Shown here: positions 15,201-15,272 of the stretch, piece after piece | How positions within the stretch are numbered: position 1 is the stretch's first letter | How the letters are laid out: every line of letters begins with the position of its first letter | Source of the DNA: Candidatus Hadarchaeota archaeon | Lineage (GTDB): Archaea > Hadarchaeota > Hadarchaeia > Hadarchaeales > JAWBSP01 | NCBI GenBank assembly: GCA_964474885.1 | Contig: CAYYWO010000016.1 | Coordinates: 1 to 15,272 of the forward strand | DNA: 15,272 nt | Direction of reading: 5' to 3' | The notes under the pieces: generated by a model | Databases searched by the model: none | Seen by the model: only the letters and a program-made list of their open reading frames with translations | What the model was told of the DNA's origin: nothing | Translations under genes and position numbers: made by a program

Positions 15201-15272
15201 CCTCACTGACCAGATTAATCTTATCGAAAACATTCGATGCTATTTGAACATTCCCACCCAATCTTCTCAGCA

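Overview
AT-rich archaeal DNA. The gene families, TATA-like promoters, GGGGTGA Shine-Dalgarno and PEF-CTERM-like protein fit a thermophilic euryarchaeon such as Archaeoglobales (inference). The window is almost entirely an unusually dense toxin-antitoxin (TA) island. It has six apparently intact pairs (three AbrB-VapC, UPF0175/RHH-DUF3368 VapC, DUF217-VapC, MNT-HEPN) and at least eight decayed modules, several of which keep the antitoxin while the toxin is truncated or frameshifted. Also present: an archaeal AAA+ ATPase with a C-terminal PD-(D/E)xK-like nuclease domain, a PEF-CTERM-like surface protein plus a collapsed paralogue, a Wzx-like flippase, and a divergent pair of RHH regulators around 11-bp phased repeats. 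An IS200/IS605 right end retains an apparently intact TnpB omega-RNA scaffold whose guide would be the start of an antitoxin gene. The intergenic DNA is a mosaic of directly oriented, collapsed duplicates of other parts of the island, often joined at microhomologies. A ~45-bp AT-rich direct repeat sits at several module boundaries. All family calls come from motif recognition by eye; no searches were run.
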